A stretch of 64,000 bases of DNA, from positions 124,001-188,000 of the forward strand of contig JALMLS010000343.1 in the NCBI GenBank assembly GCA_038496445.1, given 5' to 3'. The notes beneath the pieces are model-generated. The model did not search any database and was not told the origin of the DNA. It saw nothing but the letters and a program-made list of their open reading frames with translations. Position 1 is the first letter of the stretch. Each line of letters starts with the position of its first letter. A program made the translations under genes and the position numbers. This DNA comes from Trichosphaerium sp. ATCC 40318 (lineage: Eukaryota > Protista > Tubulinea). Below, in pieces: positions 62,047-64,000 of the stretch.

Positions 62047-62906
62047 ATGAGCACCTCTTCATTTCACCTATCAATTATATACGCACTTGTAATATTTGCG
62101 TTGATATCTCTTTCACTTGGAGCTATAAGTACGTTGTTAACAGTGGTCAGTAAGCACTAAAGCTACTGTTGTTAACCTTTTTGAATTGTGTTAATCTTAC
62201 AGCACTCAAGGCGAGGGTGATAGTGGACTATGCTCTTTGGCTATTGGTCTTCCCCCACACCGTAGCTACTTTGACCCGGATTTTGGAGTGACGACTGCAC
62301 CAAACTTTCCACACTTTATTGTTGATAATGACGTTAGAGAATACAGCGCTGACTCTAACCCTGATGCCCCTAACAGTCGGCTTATGATAATTGACTTCAC
62401 AGATAATATAGTAGAGTATAGAGTCGTTCTAGGAGAAGGTGTAAACATCCAAATATTGGAATGTAGCTTCGAAACTGCCACTTTTGATGGTACACAGCAT
62501 ATTTCTAACAATAGACACCCCTAATTATATACACTATGGTAACCTTGTTTAACAGGTTTTACTATCCTTGAAAACTCACTTAATGTGGAGGTAACAAACA
62601 CAATGAATTCATTCAGGTTTGTATTCCTTAATTTTTTGATAATGCTACACGTGTCATAGTTCACGAATTGATAGTTTTATTGTAGCGCAACCTTTCCTAG
62701 TCAAAGTGCTTTTAATCCAAACATTGTACTCAGAATTCTATTTGACGACTTACCACCGCCATCGACCGCTGCGCCTACAACACCACCACCAACAACGTCT
62801 TCACCAACTGCACCACCTGTATACGCAAATGGCAGAAAGCCTTGTATTCGGAGGCTATCTCAAATAAATTAACTATCCATTCTTCACCTTATAGACCTTT
62901 AAATAG
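62047..62906 (+). CDS. Small secreted protein with Pro/Thr-rich tail; 3' end uncertain
   Basis: Signal peptide MSTSSFHLSIIYALVIFALISLSLG, in-frame exons, PPPSTAAPTTPPPTTSSPTAPP. Confidence 0.55.
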
Positions 62907-63174
62907 AAACCAATGGTTCCTAGCCTTCCCTCTACACTACGGGTGGTAAACGTCACTTCTAACCAGACAATCGTAGCTATCCTAAATAGCACAACACTTT
63001 GAAACTCAATCACAACACGAAGCACCAGGTTGATTGATCTTGATTTTAATCACAAAAACTATTTCCTAAGTTCGTAGTTACGGAGGCACCAGATCGGATA
63101 AAAAAGTATATCTCCGAGATAGAAGCTAATAAGCTTACAGTATACATCTAAAGCTGTTTAAGAGCATTTTATTC

Positions 63175-64000
63175 TTATATTTCAGCTATTAAATACAGTA
63201 TCATTCTACCCGACACCCTATGTTTCTTCCCTTTTGAGTCAGTATCACACAACCTTGTAGTGATCTGAAGAGAATCGCTGTGAGTCTTAAAAGCACCTAG
63301 AATAGCCAAAGCACGTGCTTCAATATGAACACTACCCATAAAATCATCTGAACCGATTTTGTCTTTATCAAATATTTGTATCACTAATTTATCCTTTCCA
63401 CTAACATTAAACTCAACAGAACTTAACTCTTGTTCCTTCCACATAGGACTTGTCTCTTTTTTTTGAACACTAGACTTAAACAGAATCTCATTTTCCTTTA
63501 AAACTAGCAAGTATGGATCGCTTGTACCACCTATGTCCTTAGCAGCTAAATCATAGCAACAAATTCTTTCCATTTTGATCTTCATAACTGTATCACGAAG
63601 ACTCTCATATTCCTCTTTTGATTCGTCCGATAAACAACTACCATCAATCTAAAGAAGTCAAGTTAGCACTGAGAAAGACATAAACTGAAGTCGTTTACCT
63701 TGAAAGGACAAAGAAACTCTTTGTTTGCAACGAGATCAAGAGACCTCTCACACTCGCTTACTAATTGGAGGTCTTGAAGCTTCTTGGAGCGTATCTCATC
63801 TGCAGTGAGTACTTTAAGCTTTTGCTTGTTCCCTGCAGCTCTCAAGATGTTAACAATAGTTGAATCAAGAGTTTTATCTATGTTCAGAGCTTGGAGAGGT
63901 TCAGATTCAGCAAGAAACTCGTCCATCCCATCAAACAACTTTTTTACATCATAAGATGAATACATACGCAAGAAATTCTTAGCTGCTTTGCTAATACCAT
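63175..64000 (-). CDS. C-terminal part of a C2-domain protein; 5' end outside the window
   Basis: DLAAKDIGGTSDPY, SPMW, IFDKDKIGSDDFMG, with the Ca-binding Asp residues present. Confidence 0.88.

Overview
This is eukaryotic nuclear DNA, roughly 35% GC and gene-dense. It has many short GT-AG introns (mostly about 40-150 nt, donors GTACGT/GTAAGT/GTGCGT, T-rich tracts) and uses the standard genetic code. Gene content (NELF-C/D, Rheb, DBH-like monooxygenase, ependymin-like pair, 72-aa WY-repeat protein) suggests a free-living protist, most plausibly an amoebozoan; that assignment is inference. I reconstructed about 30 protein-coding genes by hand-splicing, because the ORF track shows only fragments of them. 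I found no tRNA, rRNA, CRISPR array or intact transposon. Main observations: (1) the cytochrome c1 haem-binding motif is TNACH instead of CxxCH, implying single-thioether haem attachment, which I know only from Euglenozoa; (2) the same gene carries a candidate H/ACA snoRNA in an intron; (3) a U12-type minor intron lies in a cation/Ca2+ exchanger; (4) the palindrome CACGTG is about 8-fold over-represented; (5) an intronless F-box/histone-H3-like/ankyrin gene sits next to an intronless bacterial-type CAP gene; (6) a GPI-type surface protein resembles the FRAS1/FREM C-terminal domain; (7) a UCH-L3 is fused to a UBA domain. Coordinates of spliced genes are outer CDS limits read by eye.
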